Program-made: the position numbers and the translations under genes
The notes under the pieces: generated by a model
What the model was told of the DNA's origin: nothing
The model's input: only the letters and a program-made list of their open reading frames with translations
The model's database searches: none
NCBI GenBank assembly: GCA_023131975.1
Contig: JAGLYV010000084.1
Location: forward strand, 1,065-65,064
Source: Candidatus Krumholzibacteriia bacterium
GTDB taxonomy: Bacteria; Krumholzibacteriota; Krumholzibacteriia; Krumholzibacteriales; Krumholzibacteriaceae
Length of the DNA: 64,000 bases
Direction: 5' to 3'
Shown: piece after piece, positions 1-10,207 of the stretch
How the letters are laid out: every line of letters begins with the position of its first letter
Position numbering within the stretch: the stretch's first letter is position 1

Positions 1-1
1 T

Positions 2-868
2 CCGGGAGTGGGAGCCAGAAACCTCAAAGAATCTCTTCTCATCCAGATGGAGATGAAGGGACTTGAAGACAGCATGGCCGCGCAGATCGTCCGTGACCAT
101 TTTGAGGAGTTCAAACAGAAGAAATACCTCGATCTGAGCAAGAAACTCAAGATATCGCTGAAAGAGATACAGAACCAGGCTTCCGTTATCGGTACTCTCA
201 ATCCGAAACCGGGGTTGGATATTCTGGCCGATGGTCCGAAGTATGTGATTCCCGATCTCGTCGTGGAAAGAGTGGGCGAGAAATATGTGATCTTCCTCAA
301 CGACCGTAACGTGCCCCGGCTTCGGATCAGCCAGTCGTACAAGGACGAGTTGAGGAGCAATCCGGATATCGACCCGAAGACCAGGGATTTCATCCAGGGC
401 AGGTTGAAGAATGCCAAGTGGCTTATCCAGACCATCGAGCAGCGTCGCAAGACTATGATCAAGGTGATGCAGAGTATCGTAGAAGAGCAGGCGGATTTCT
501 TTGAAAAGGGAACCGCCGCGCTCAGGCCCCTTACTCTGCAGCAGGTGGCCAGCAAGATCGGGATGCACGAATCCACGGTCAGCAGGGTGACGACTAACAA
601 ATATGTGCAGACTCCACGCGGGGTCTTCGAATTGAAGTTTTTCTTCAGCTCCGCTCTCAGTACGCGGTCGGGAGAAGAAGTGTCAGCCAAGAGTGCCAAG
701 CTGAGGATCAAGGATATCATTGCCGCGGAGGATACAAAGAAACCTCTGAGTGACCAGAAGATCGCCGACATACTGGAAAAGGACGGACTGATAATAGCTC
801 GCAGGACAGTCGCCAAGTACAGAGAACAGCTCGGTATACTTCCTGCAAGACACAGGAAAGAATATTGA
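2..868 (+). CDS. rpoN: RNA polymerase sigma-54 factor, C-terminal portion (5' end lies upstream of window)
   Basis: Open frame runs from window start; C-terminal RpoN-box ARRTVAKYRE and an HTH (HESTVSRV) are typical of the sigma-54 C-terminal domain. Confidence 0.9.
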   Translation, partial: PGVGARNLKESLLIQMEMKGLEDSMAAQIVRDHFEEFKQKKYLDLSKKLKISLKEIQNQASVIGTLNPKPGLDILADGPKYVIPDLVVERVGEKYVIFLNDRNVPRLRISQSYKDELRSNPDIDPKTRDFIQGRLKNAKWLIQTIEQRRKTMIKVMQSIVEEQADFFEKGTAALRPLTLQQVASKIGMHESTVSRVTTNKYVQTPRGVFELKFFFSSALSTRSGEEVSAKSAKLRIKDIIAAEDTKKPLSDQKIADILEKDGLIIARRTVAKYREQLGILPARHRKEY

Positions 869-895
869 TTTTATACCTGGAGAACTTTGCGATAA

Positions 896-1816
896 ATGAC
901 CTTACAACCTGAAGTTCACGGTGCGGGCCGGCTTCCAGCCTGGCTCAAGAGGAAGATACCTCTCCTTGGCGAATGCTCGCTTATAGAGAGTACCGTCAGG
1001 AAGAGAGGGCTGCACACTATCTGCAGGGAAGCACTCTGCCCGAACAGGGCCGAGTGCTATTCGAAGGGTAAAGTCACGTTTATGATGCTCGGTGATACAT
1101 GTACTCGCGACTGTGGTTTCTGCAGCGTGGAGCATGGAAGGCCTTTGCCCGTGGACTATGGTGAGCCTTCCCGTATAGCGGATGCCTCCAGGGAATTGAA
1201 ACTCGATCATGTGATAGTCACTTCCGTTACCAGGGACGATCTTTCTGACGGAGGGGCGGCTCAGTACGCGGATCTGATCAGGTGTCTGAAAGCGATAGAT
1301 CCGGCGCCTGTCGTCGAGGTTCTGGTTCCCGATTTTCGAGGGTGTATGGATGCGCTTCAGACGGTGCTTGATGCCCGTCCCGATATCTTCTCGCATAATA
1401 TCGAGACGGTCAGGCGACTATTTGGAGAAGTCAGAAAAGGAGCGGATTACGACGGGTCATTATCACTTCTGGCCGAGGCTGGAAAAAGGGACAGGAGGAT
1501 CAAACTGAAATCTTCGATGATGCTGGGGTTGGGAGAGACGAAGGAAGAGGTCATCGAGACGATGAAAGACCTGCTCAATGCCGGGTGCCATTTTGCTGCT
1601 CTTGGGCAGTATCTGCGTCCGGGTCTTGACCAGGTGCCGGTGAAAGCCTATATTCCGCCGGAAGATTTCGCGTTGCTGGAAAAGAAGGGTTACGAGATGG
1701 GATTTCTGGAGGTGACGGCGGGACCGCTCGTCAGGAGTTCGTACCAGGAAAACCGGCTCGATCGATACCTGCCGGATGCCCCCAAGCAGGGGCCAGGGCA
1801 AGGAGGAAGAATATGA
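896..1816 (+). CDS. lipA: lipoyl synthase (radical SAM)
   Basis: CPNRAEC ... GDTCTRDCGFC cysteine clusters of LipA; length 306 aa. Confidence 0.9.
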   Translation: MTLQPEVHGAGRLPAWLKRKIPLLGECSLIESTVRKRGLHTICREALCPNRAECYSKGKVTFMMLGDTCTRDCGFCSVEHGRPLPVDYGEPSRIADASRELKLDHVIVTSVTRDDLSDGGAAQYADLIRCLKAIDPAPVVEVLVPDFRGCMDALQTVLDARPDIFSHNIETVRRLFGEVRKGADYDGSLSLLAEAGKRDRRIKLKSSMMLGLGETKEEVIETMKDLLNAGCHFAALGQYLRPGLDQVPVKAYIPPEDFALLEKKGYEMGFLEVTAGPLVRSSYQENRLDRYLPDAPKQGPGQGGRI

Positions 1817-2361
1817 AACTGACTACGACAGCCAGACATTTTGAAGCTGAACCCGGTCTTCTTGAGCATATCGAGGAGAGGCTGCTGAAGCTCAAGCGCT
1901 ATTTCGATCACATCCTCAATGTCGATGTCATTATGTCAGTCGAAAAATTTCGTCATATCGCGGAGATCAATGTCCATGTAAACGGGCATGATTTCAATGC
2001 CAAGGAAGAGTCGGAGGATATGTATACCTCCATAGATAAGACCGCGAAGAGCCTTGAGCGGCAGATAAAGAAGTTCAAAGCCAAGCTCAAGTCGAGCCAT
2101 CAGAAGAACAAAAAACATATGAAGGACTACATTCCGCGTGAGATCGTCATCAAGGCTGACAGCGTGGGCAGTGAGAGTGGGATCGAGTTGCTCGAAAACA
2201 TCGATCACGAGCTTGTGACACTGAATGTAGAGGAAGCGATCCTGGCGATGAACAAGGCTTCTGAGGATTTTCTTCTTTTCAATAATCCCGAATCGGGTAA
2301 AATGAATTTTGTGTATAAACGTTCGGATGGACATTACGGTGTTATAGATATTTCAGAATAG
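1813..2361 (+). CDS. hpf: ribosome hibernation promoting factor (long HPF/RaiA, sigma-54 modulation protein family)
   Basis: N-terminal MKLTTTARHFE...INVHVNGH motif typical of HPF plus a C-terminal dimerisation extension; 4-bp ATGA overlap with lipA; downstream of rpoN as in many bacteria. Confidence 0.9.
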   Translation: MKLTTTARHFEAEPGLLEHIEERLLKLKRYFDHILNVDVIMSVEKFRHIAEINVHVNGHDFNAKEESEDMYTSIDKTAKSLERQIKKFKAKLKSSHQKNKKHMKDYIPREIVIKADSVGSESGIELLENIDHELVTLNVEEAILAMNKASEDFLLFNNPESGKMNFVYKRSDGHYGVIDISE

Positions 2362-2377
2362 GTTTCTGTCAGTAATT

Positions 2378-3364
2378 GTGCCGGAGGGAGAAGCTTTGGT
2401 AAAAGAACATTCAGTTCAGCTCTTTTTCGAGGAGAACGCCGAAGAATTCAAACTCGAGGCGCTGACGGATGGCCTGTCAAGTCCGATCCCGATCACGACG
2501 TCGGACGTGCATCGCCCCGCATTCGCGCTGGCCGGATTCATGGAAAATTATCTCCATGAGCGTATCCAGATACTTGGCGAGACAGAGATACTTTATATCC
2601 GCTCTCTTGACGCGAATGCCCAGAAAGATGCTGTCGGCCGACTTTTTGAGCGTAAGCTTTGCTGCATCATCGTCACGAAAGCGCTTGAAGTGTCGGAAGA
2701 CCTGCTTTCGCTCGCCAACGAGAACGGAGTTCCTGTTCTGAGGACCTCGATGCAGACCACCGACTTTATCCACATTCTTACAGCGGAGCTCGACTATGTC
2801 TTTGCTCCCCGGACGATGATCCACAGTTCTCTGGTCGACGTCTACGGAGTGGGGCTGTTGTTCACGGGAAGAAGCGCTATCGGTAAGAGCGAGATCGCTC
2901 TCGATCTGGTAGAACGGGGACATCGCCTCGTAGCTGACGATGTCGTCGAGATCGTGAGGCATGGTGATGTGCTTTTAGGTCGTGGACGTGATCACCTCAG
3001 ACACTATATGGAGATCAGGGGAATAGGGATCATCAATGTCATGGACCTTTTCGGTATCCGGGCCGTCAGGATCCAGAAGAGGATAGAGGTTGTCGTCCGC
3101 CTGGAAGATTATGATCCGGATAAGGACTGGGAAAGACTGGGACTGGATGACCAGGTGACCCAGATCCTGGGCGAGGATGTCAGGCAGCTTGTCATCCCGA
3201 TTTATCCTGGAAAGAATATTACGGTAATATCCGAAGTGATCGCTCTGAACCACATGCTCAAGGTCTACGGTATCGACGCGGCCCAGAGGCTGGATCAGCA
3301 GATCCTCAATATGATGGAAAGCGACAAGAAGACAAGACGGTATCTTAAGTATGATGTGGAGTGA
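2378..3364 (+). CDS. hprK: HPr kinase/phosphorylase
   Basis: P-loop GRSAIGKSE followed by LVADD motif; 328 aa. Confidence 0.9.
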   Translation: MPEGEALVKEHSVQLFFEENAEEFKLEALTDGLSSPIPITTSDVHRPAFALAGFMENYLHERIQILGETEILYIRSLDANAQKDAVGRLFERKLCCIIVTKALEVSEDLLSLANENGVPVLRTSMQTTDFIHILTAELDYVFAPRTMIHSSLVDVYGVGLLFTGRSAIGKSEIALDLVERGHRLVADDVVEIVRHGDVLLGRGRDHLRHYMEIRGIGIINVMDLFGIRAVRIQKRIEVVVRLEDYDPDKDWERLGLDDQVTQILGEDVRQLVIPIYPGKNITVISEVIALNHMLKVYGIDAAQRLDQQILNMMESDKKTRRYLKYDVE

Positions 3365-3426
3365 CGGCAGGAAAGAACCTGCTGGACGATGATGTTCATG
3401 CAGGCCGTGCGTCATGATGATCAGAG

Positions 3427-3822
3427 GTGATCGTGAACGAACAGACAGGAATCATAGTCACTCATGGAGGGCTTGCCAGGGAACTACTGGACACGGCCAA
3501 ACTGATCGTGGGCAAGATCCCTTTCTGCTACGCTATTTCCAATAAAGGCCTTGCCGACGAGGTCCTTGTATCAAAAATAAAAAAGATAATAGAGGAGACT
3601 GATCCTTCGTTCGCGTTTTTATTTGTCGACTATTTTGGCAGCTCCTGTTCGCTCAACTGCGTAAGGGCTGTCAGGGGCAGGGATAATACGGTGGTCATCA
3701 GTGGGATCAATCTGCCGATCCTTCTGGATTTTGTCACTAAACGGGGCACGATGGAGCCGGAAGAGATCATCAATAATCTCATCCACCGTGGCCAGGAAAG
3801 TGTCAAGATCGTCAATATCTGA
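3427..3822 (+). CDS. PTS mannose/fructose/sorbose-family EIIA component
   Basis: GIIVTHGGLARELLDTAKLIVG N-terminal signature of EIIA-Man; apparent GTG start. Confidence 0.7.
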   Translation: MIVNEQTGIIVTHGGLARELLDTAKLIVGKIPFCYAISNKGLADEVLVSKIKKIIEETDPSFAFLFVDYFGSSCSLNCVRAVRGRDNTVVISGINLPILLDFVTKRGTMEPEEIINNLIHRGQESVKIVNI

Positions 3823-3901
3823 ACAACCGTTCCAGCAACCGCGTAAGGGCAGTTCCGGGCAGGCGTCAATTAATCGCAAAGATCAGGTGGTGAGACAGCG
3901 G

Positions 3902-4372
3902 ATGATAATCGTTCTAAGGATAGATGACAGGTTGATACACGCACAGGTCGTGATCGGGTGGGGCAGAAGCGTCAAGCCCGACAGGATAGTCATAGCGGAC
4001 GACGATATAGCAGCCAACGACTGGGAAAAGCAGCTTTATGCCTCGGCTTCCCCCGATTTCAGGGTCTCGATCCTGTCTGTAGCAAGAGCCTTCGAGCAGA
4101 TAAATGGTGGAGTGTTCGATAAGGAGAAGATCATCCTTCTCGTACGAGGGCCAAAGGGTGCCATGCGGCTGCTGGAAATGGGACTTGATCTCGATGAAGT
4201 GAATGTCGGTGGGATGCATTTTTCAGAGGGCAAGGAAAAGCTGCTCGATAACATCTACCTGGACGAGGGCGAGCGCGATACGTTGAGAGAACTGGTAAAA
4301 AGAGGGATCACTCTCGAGGCAAGGGCTCTGCCGGACAGCGAGAGGATCATTCTCAATTCGATGGTCGTCTGA
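3902..4372 (+). CDS. PTS mannose-family EIIB component
   Basis: RIDDRLIHAQV...RIVIADDDIAAND signature of EIIB-Man; the long 3701-start ORF overlaps EIIA and is probably an N-terminal over-extension, so the start is placed at the in-frame ATG at 3902. Confidence 0.7.
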   Translation: MIIVLRIDDRLIHAQVVIGWGRSVKPDRIVIADDDIAANDWEKQLYASASPDFRVSILSVARAFEQINGGVFDKEKIILLVRGPKGAMRLLEMGLDLDEVNVGGMHFSEGKEKLLDNIYLDEGERDTLRELVKRGITLEARALPDSERIILNSMVV

Positions 4373-4390
4373 CAGGAGAAATGAAGAATA

Positions 4391-6565
4391 ATGGATAATA
4401 AAGTCGAATTTGTCCTGGGCATACACAATCATCAGCCTGTCGGTAATTTCGATCATGTGATAGAGGACGCGTACCAGAAAGCCTACCGGCCATTTATCGA
4501 GGTGATGGAGGAATATCCGGATATTCCCTTCGCGCTTCACAACAGTGGTATCCTCTGGGACTGGCTGGAAGAGAAACATCCCGATTACATCAAGAGAATA
4601 GCCAGGATGACCCGCGTCGGAGGGATCGAACTGATGTCCGCCGGGTATTTCGAACCAATTCTCACTGTGATTCCCGAAAGGGACAGACAGGGTCAACTGG
4701 CGATGATGAAGGATTATCTTGTGGACCGGTTCCAGGTCGAGCCGAGGGGCTGCTGGTTGACCGAAAGGATATGGGACCCCCACCTTCCGGACACACTTGC
4801 CGGTGCCGGGCTCGAGTATGTCATCGTAGATGATTCGCATTTTAAAAGTACCGGATTCCTGTCCAGCGAGATGCGTGGATATTTTATGACCGAGGAGAAC
4901 GGTTCCTATATAAGGGTCTTCCCGATCGATCGGGGCCTGCGCTATCTTGTTCCGTTTCACGATCCGGAAGAAGTCATCGGATATTTCAGGGAGATATATG
5001 AAAACGGCGGTGATCAGAGAAAGATAGCGGTCCTGGCTGACGACGGGGAAAAGTTCGGGTTATGGCCCGGCACAAACGACCTCTGCTACAGGCAGAACTG
5101 GCTCAGGCGTTTCTGCGATGCTTTGCGGGCCAACAGCGAGTGGCTCAGTGTGACGACGTTTTCCAGCGTGATAGATTCTGTCCGGCCTCTCGGCATGGTC
5201 TATCTGCCGACTGCTTCTTACAGTGAGATGATGGAGTGGGCGCTGCCGCTGAAAGCGCAGGTAGCCTATCACCAGGCAAAGGAGATCCTTGAGGCGAGTG
5301 GTTCTTTCTCCGACCCGTCTGAGGCGGTCAAAGGAGGGCTCTGGAGAAATTTTCTCGTAAAATACGAAGAGAGTAACTGGATGCACAAACGGATGCTTTC
5401 AGTGAGCGCGAAGATAGACACAGATCATTCTTTGAAGCGCGATAAGGCTCTTTCCCATCTCTACCAGGCCCAGTGCAATTGCGCGTACTGGCACGGGCTT
5501 TTCGGGGGGCTATATCTTCCGCACCTGAGAAGCGCGATATTCAAACATCTGATAGAGGCCGAGAATGTCATTTCGGATACAGAGATCGTCAGTTCGGACG
5601 ATGAGATCTCGGGCGAGTCTCCCTCATGGAAAATCGTCGATATGGACGGAGACGGGGTGGACGAGATACTGGTAGCCAACGATTCGATAAGGGCCTGGTT
5701 CAAGCGCAGGGGAGGTGCGCTGCGGGAACTGGACAGTGTTTCTCCAGCATTCAACCTCACCGACACTCTCACAAGGCGGGAAGAACTGTATCATGGTGAC
5801 GTCAAAAGGATAAGTGAAGAAGGAAAGGAAGACCTGGACTCCGCGGTGAGCATTCACGATATGGCTGTAGTCAGGGAAGAGGGTCTGGAGAAGAGACTTC
5901 ATTACGATCTGGATCCCCGACTGTCGCTGGTCGACCGGTTTCTGCCGGCCGGTGACGGGGCGAAAAGCCTCGATACAGGGCTATTTACCGAAATCGGAGA
6001 TTTTCATGATGCGTTCTACGATTTGGAGACCGAATCGGGCGACGGACTCCGCCTCGTGTTTACCAGAAAAGGGAAAGTGGCGCAGGACGATGAAGAGAGG
6101 ACTGTCGCCCTGAAGAAAGTCATCTCCATCGATGGGTCTTCTCCGGTGCTTGATGTGGAATATTCGATCACTCCCGAAGGTGGCGGGCTCAGCTGCCGTT
6201 TCGCGGTGGAGAATGTCTTCTCATTTCTCGCGGGAGATGCTCCCGACAGGTATTTTGAGTTCCCCGGCAAAGAGCTCGATGACAGAAAACTGGCTTCGAC
6301 CGGTGAGGTCGTCGGTGTAAAGGATATGTCGCTGGTCGATGAATGGCTCGGCCTCAGGGTGGACCTGGAGATGGAGCCAGCATCGCTTTTCTGGCGTTTT
6401 CCGATCGAGACGGTGTCGAACAGCGATTCGGGGTATGAGAGAGTGTATCAGGGTTCGGCTGTCACTCCGGCCTGGGATATCGAATCTGCTGATGGTGAGA
6501 CTGTTAATTTCAGACTCAGGATCATGGTGAGACCGGCTTCAGGCGGAGAGGGGACAGATCGATGA
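4391..6565 (+). CDS. glycoside hydrolase family 57 protein (alpha-glucan-active; amylase/4-alpha-glucanotransferase-like) with C-terminal DUF1926-type domain
   Basis: GIHNHQP motif, CWLTERIWDP nucleophile-Glu region and LADDGEKFG acid/base region characteristic of GH57; 724 aa, no signal peptide. Confidence 0.85.
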   Translation: MDNKVEFVLGIHNHQPVGNFDHVIEDAYQKAYRPFIEVMEEYPDIPFALHNSGILWDWLEEKHPDYIKRIARMTRVGGIELMSAGYFEPILTVIPERDRQGQLAMMKDYLVDRFQVEPRGCWLTERIWDPHLPDTLAGAGLEYVIVDDSHFKSTGFLSSEMRGYFMTEENGSYIRVFPIDRGLRYLVPFHDPEEVIGYFREIYENGGDQRKIAVLADDGEKFGLWPGTNDLCYRQNWLRRFCDALRANSEWLSVTTFSSVIDSVRPLGMVYLPTASYSEMMEWALPLKAQVAYHQAKEILEASGSFSDPSEAVKGGLWRNFLVKYEESNWMHKRMLSVSAKIDTDHSLKRDKALSHLYQAQCNCAYWHGLFGGLYLPHLRSAIFKHLIEAENVISDTEIVSSDDEISGESPSWKIVDMDGDGVDEILVANDSIRAWFKRRGGALRELDSVSPAFNLTDTLTRREELYHGDVKRISEEGKEDLDSAVSIHDMAVVREEGLEKRLHYDLDPRLSLVDRFLPAGDGAKSLDTGLFTEIGDFHDAFYDLETESGDGLRLVFTRKGKVAQDDEERTVALKKVISIDGSSPVLDVEYSITPEGGGLSCRFAVENVFSFLAGDAPDRYFEFPGKELDDRKLASTGEVVGVKDMSLVDEWLGLRVDLEMEPASLFWRFPIETVSNSDSGYERVYQGSAVTPAWDIESADGETVNFRLRIMVRPASGGEGTDR

Positions 6566-7260
6566 ACCCGGTTTTTGCCGTCGCCATAGTCGGAGGAGTC
6601 CTCGCGGTAGATTACAGGAGTTCTCTCAGGCTGATGATATCTCAGCCGATCTGTGGAGGACTGATCACGGGAATCGTTCTGCACGCGCCGGCAGAGGGGC
6701 TTCTCGTGGGGGCTTTGATGCAGATGATGTTTCTCGGCCTGGTAAATATAAGGGGCAGGACGACTCCTGATCTCCCCGTTGGTGGAGTTGTCGCGGCAGC
6801 ACTATATATTCTCATATCCGCCGAATCGGGTGGAGACCACCTGCTCAGGGGGAATGTTCTTTTCTGGTCGATCCTGACCGGTGTCCTGGTAGCGGGACTG
6901 GGTCAGTACGTATATACGGTATGGGAAAGGTCCTCAAGTGGGTTGACGAGGGCGGCTTTCGGATATGTCAGGGAGGGAAAACTCCGACGGGCTTCAATGA
7001 TCCATCTTTCGATCCTCCTGGTACATTTTATCTACGGAGCCCTGCTGATCATTCTGCTGGTCCCCATCGGCACGATCGCCCTTGCTGCCGTCGTTGAACT
7101 GACCTCGCCGGTCGTGGGAGGCTCCCTTGCCGCCCTCACGGTGATATTGCCGTTCATAGGCGTCGGTTCGCTCATGAGATTGTACAGGTCTCGATCACAG
7201 GTATTCTGGTTTACAGCGGGTTTTCTGGTGACGATTATGATCGTTTTGGTGCGAGGTTGA
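6562..7260 (+). CDS. PTS mannose-family EIIC component
   Basis: Multi-TM protein with G-rich N-terminus typical of ManY-like IIC; 4-bp overlap with GH57 gene. Confidence 0.7.
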   Translation: MNPVFAVAIVGGVLAVDYRSSLRLMISQPICGGLITGIVLHAPAEGLLVGALMQMMFLGLVNIRGRTTPDLPVGGVVAAALYILISAESGGDHLLRGNVLFWSILTGVLVAGLGQYVYTVWERSSSGLTRAAFGYVREGKLRRASMIHLSILLVHFIYGALLIILLVPIGTIALAAVVELTSPVVGGSLAALTVILPFIGVGSLMRLYRSRSQVFWFTAGFLVTIMIVLVRG

Positions 7261-7301
7261 TGTGGTAGCGGTTGAAATGCCGACTCTGAGAAGAGGACGA
7301 T

Positions 7302-8057
7302 ATGTTTAAAACACATCTCAATATGATGTGGAGGCTGTTTTTCATCAGGAACTCGAGAAATGACAGGACGATTGACGGCCTGGGGTTTTTCCATGTCCTC
7401 TCACCCCTTTTCAGGGATATTGCCGAAAACGAGGATGAACTGGCCGAGATGGCGGGCAGACATCTGGGCTATTTCAACGCCAATCCTATTCTCGCGTCCT
7501 ATATCGTCGGTGTTGTCATGAACCTCGAACTAAAGAAGAAGGCGGGGGAGGACATTAGCGCGGACAGGATTGACAGGGTCAAACAGACTCTGTCGGCGGT
7601 ACTTACGGCAAAGGGGGATTATTTCTTCGAAGTCATATTAATCCCGCTTGCGTTGACAATCGGCAGCATTTTTGCTATCTATAGCTCGTATATCGGCAGT
7701 TCGTATATCGGTCCGATTATCTTCCTGGTATCATATAACCTGTATCATCTTCATTCGAGGATCGGTGGTTATCGGACGGGCCTGCTACTGGGAGAAGATG
7801 TCGGGCGTGAACTTGCCGGTAATCTGTTCAGGGAACAGAAGTTCCTCGGCGGATTCGCCGTTTTCGTATCCGGGTGTTTCGCTGCCCTGATCTTTTTCAG
7901 GGGATGGAGCCTGGGTGGGTATCGGTTTGTCATATGGGGTGTCCTGGCACTGGTCGGTGTCTTTCTGCTTGGCAGGAAGATTTCCTTGATATGGGTGGTG
8001 CTTGTATTATTTTTAGCTTCGGCGATATTTCTGGTCGTTTTCAACGGCGGCCTGTAG
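7302..8057 (+). CDS. PTS mannose-family EIID component
   Basis: N-terminal WRLFFIRNSRNDRTIDGLGFFHVLSPL...HLGYFNANP resembles the ManZ/IID signature; C-terminal TM helices. Confidence 0.75.
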   Translation: MFKTHLNMMWRLFFIRNSRNDRTIDGLGFFHVLSPLFRDIAENEDELAEMAGRHLGYFNANPILASYIVGVVMNLELKKKAGEDISADRIDRVKQTLSAVLTAKGDYFFEVILIPLALTIGSIFAIYSSYIGSSYIGPIIFLVSYNLYHLHSRIGGYRTGLLLGEDVGRELAGNLFREQKFLGGFAVFVSGCFAALIFFRGWSLGGYRFVIWGVLALVGVFLLGRKISLIWVVLVLFLASAIFLVVFNGGL

Positions 8058-8089
8058 CAGGAGGAGAGGTCCCCGGCAGGGGCAGTAAA

Positions 8090-8359
8090 ATGGTCACTGG
8101 AAAAGTCAAGGTAGAGAACAAAAACGGAATACACCTAAGGCTGGCTGGTGAACTGGTCAAGACTGCTACCAGGTTTAAGGCAACGGTCATGATCGGTAGG
8201 GACGATGACCTGGTCAACGCCAAGAGCATGCTTGGTGTGGCGGGACTCGGCGCGCAATATGGCACTGAACTGCTGTTGAATATAGATGGCGAAGATGAGA
8301 AGGATGCTCTCGACACACTGGTCAATCTGATCAAAAACAGGTTTTACGTGGAAGAGTGA
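8090..8359 (+). CDS. ptsH: phosphocarrier protein HPr
   Basis: NGIHLRLAG (His15/Arg17) and VNAKSMLGV (Ser46) motifs; strong SD GGAGGAG upstream; the longer ORF from 7874 overlaps EIID and is rejected. Confidence 0.85.
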   Translation: MVTGKVKVENKNGIHLRLAGELVKTATRFKATVMIGRDDDLVNAKSMLGVAGLGAQYGTELLLNIDGEDEKDALDTLVNLIKNRFYVEE

Positions 8360-8363
8360 ACAG

Positions 8364-10154
8364 ATGGATATGAGCTCTAAAAAGGAAATGATCTTCACGG
8401 GGATCCCGGCGGCTCCAGGCATCGCTTTTGGACAGGCTTTTGTCGTTAATATCGATGATCTTCCGGTGACGGCCGAACCCGTCGAGAAAAATCGGGTCGA
8501 AGACGAGATCGCCCGCCTGGAATCGGCGTTGAAACAGACAGGGGAGGAGCTGTCCGGACTTCACAGCGCCCTGGCCGCCGAGATGGGTGAAGAACACGCA
8601 AAGATCCTGGATTCACATATAATGCTCATCGCCGACGAATTGATGAAAACCGATACGATCCAGATAATCAGGAGTGACAAGGTAAACGCCGCCTACGCGT
8701 TCTCGAGGGTCATCGACAAGACTCTCAGGGCCTTCGACCAGATGGAAGACCAGTATCTGAAGGAGAGGGCCGAAGATATTCGTGACGTCAAAAAAAGGGT
8801 CATAAGAAATCTGTTCGGACAAAAAGTGGAAGGGCTTGCCAACCTGAGGAGAGAGGCTGTTGTCGTAGCGCACAACCTCACGCCCGCCGATACGGTCGGG
8901 TTCAGGAAGAAATTCGTAAAGGCCTTTGTCTCGGATATGGGCGGGAGTACTTCCCATGCCGCTATCATAGCCCGTTCCATGGGTATTCCGGCTGTAGTCG
9001 GGCTTGATGAGATCAGTAGTCATGTCAAGCCGTACGATAAATTGATAGTGGACGGAATATCAGGTCAGGTGATCCTGCATCCGAAAGAAGATACTGTAGC
9101 TCTTTACCAGCAGGCCCAGGAAAGATTCCTGGAGATGGAAGAGGAACTGCTGACGATAAAGGATTATCCGGCGGTCACTCTTGACGGGCGGACGATCGAG
9201 TTGTCAGCCAATATCGAGACGATCGACGAGGTCGAGGATATAAAGAGCCATGGCGCGAAGGGAGTCGGCCTGTTCAGGACCGAGTATTTCTTCATCACCC
9301 GCGGGACTCTGCCGGGTGAGGAAGAGCAGTACCGCTATTATTCAGAGGTAGTCAAGAATGTAGCTCCGGACCCGGTGCTGTTCAGGACTCTGGATATTGG
9401 AGGAGACAAGATCGCGGCCTGGGTCGATGACACTCAGGAAGAAAACCCCTTCATGGGCTGGAGGGGTATAAGGTTTACCTTATCCCGCAAGGACATATTC
9501 CGGACGCAGCTTCGCGCGTTATACAGGGCCGCAGTTTTCGGCAAAGTGCGTATCATGTTTCCCATGGTCTCCGTTGTGGAAGAGGTCAGGCAGGCTATGG
9601 ATATCTGCAGGGAAGTCCAGGAAGATCTGGAAAGGGAAAAATACCAGTTCGATCATAATGTGGAGACAGGGATCATGATCGAGACTCCTTCGGCTGTCGC
9701 AATGGCCGATGTCCTGGCGAAGGAAGTCGACTTCTTCAGTATCGGTTCAAACGATCTGGTACAGTACGCCCTGGCTGTGGACAGGGGGAACAGCAGGATA
9801 TCCTATCTCTATAGTCCGATGCATCCAGCCATTCTGAGGTTTATTAACGATACGGCACGGGCGGCTCACGACAACAATATCTGGGTGGGACTCTGTGGAG
9901 AGATGGTGGCCGATGCCCGTGTGAGAGGCACTCTTCTCCTGATAGGTCTCGGGCTTGACGAGTTCAGCGCGAGTGCCTACCTGATACCAGAGATCAAGAA
10001 GATCATCCGTTCGGTCACATACGATGAGACAAAATTTATGGTAAAAATGGCGCTTAAGAAAGCTACGGCTACCGAAGTCGTGGAGTTGATAGATCGATTT
10101 ATCGAGGAAAAGAGGCCGGAGCTCAAGGAACTCATTCCTAAAGGTCCGGGATAG
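8364..10154 (+). CDS. ptsI: phosphoenolpyruvate-protein phosphotransferase (PTS Enzyme I)
   Basis: 596 aa; N-terminal GIPAAPGIAFG, phospho-His region GGSTSHAAIIARSMGIPAVVG, C-terminal PEP-utilising domain. Confidence 0.9.
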   Translation: MDMSSKKEMIFTGIPAAPGIAFGQAFVVNIDDLPVTAEPVEKNRVEDEIARLESALKQTGEELSGLHSALAAEMGEEHAKILDSHIMLIADELMKTDTIQIIRSDKVNAAYAFSRVIDKTLRAFDQMEDQYLKERAEDIRDVKKRVIRNLFGQKVEGLANLRREAVVVAHNLTPADTVGFRKKFVKAFVSDMGGSTSHAAIIARSMGIPAVVGLDEISSHVKPYDKLIVDGISGQVILHPKEDTVALYQQAQERFLEMEEELLTIKDYPAVTLDGRTIELSANIETIDEVEDIKSHGAKGVGLFRTEYFFITRGTLPGEEEQYRYYSEVVKNVAPDPVLFRTLDIGGDKIAAWVDDTQEENPFMGWRGIRFTLSRKDIFRTQLRALYRAAVFGKVRIMFPMVSVVEEVRQAMDICREVQEDLEREKYQFDHNVETGIMIETPSAVAMADVLAKEVDFFSIGSNDLVQYALAVDRGNSRISYLYSPMHPAILRFINDTARAAHDNNIWVGLCGEMVADARVRGTLLLIGLGLDEFSASAYLIPEIKKIIRSVTYDETKFMVKMALKKATATEVVELIDRFIEEKRPELKELIPKGPG

Positions 10155-10207
10155 GACCCTCCGATTAACAAACAGGTATTCGCGGGCAGGCCTGCCGGGA
10201 GAATCGA

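Noticed and set aside
3701-4372. Long 223-aa version of the EIIB ORF, and analogous N-terminal over-extensions: 7874 (HPr), 33295 (truB), 34427 (ribF), 39621 (deacetylase), 50654 (PorQ-like) and 43856 (asnS)
   Set aside because: The extensions overlap the upstream gene in another frame and lack homology. In-frame internal ATG or GTG codons with Shine-Dalgarno sequences give proteins of canonical length.
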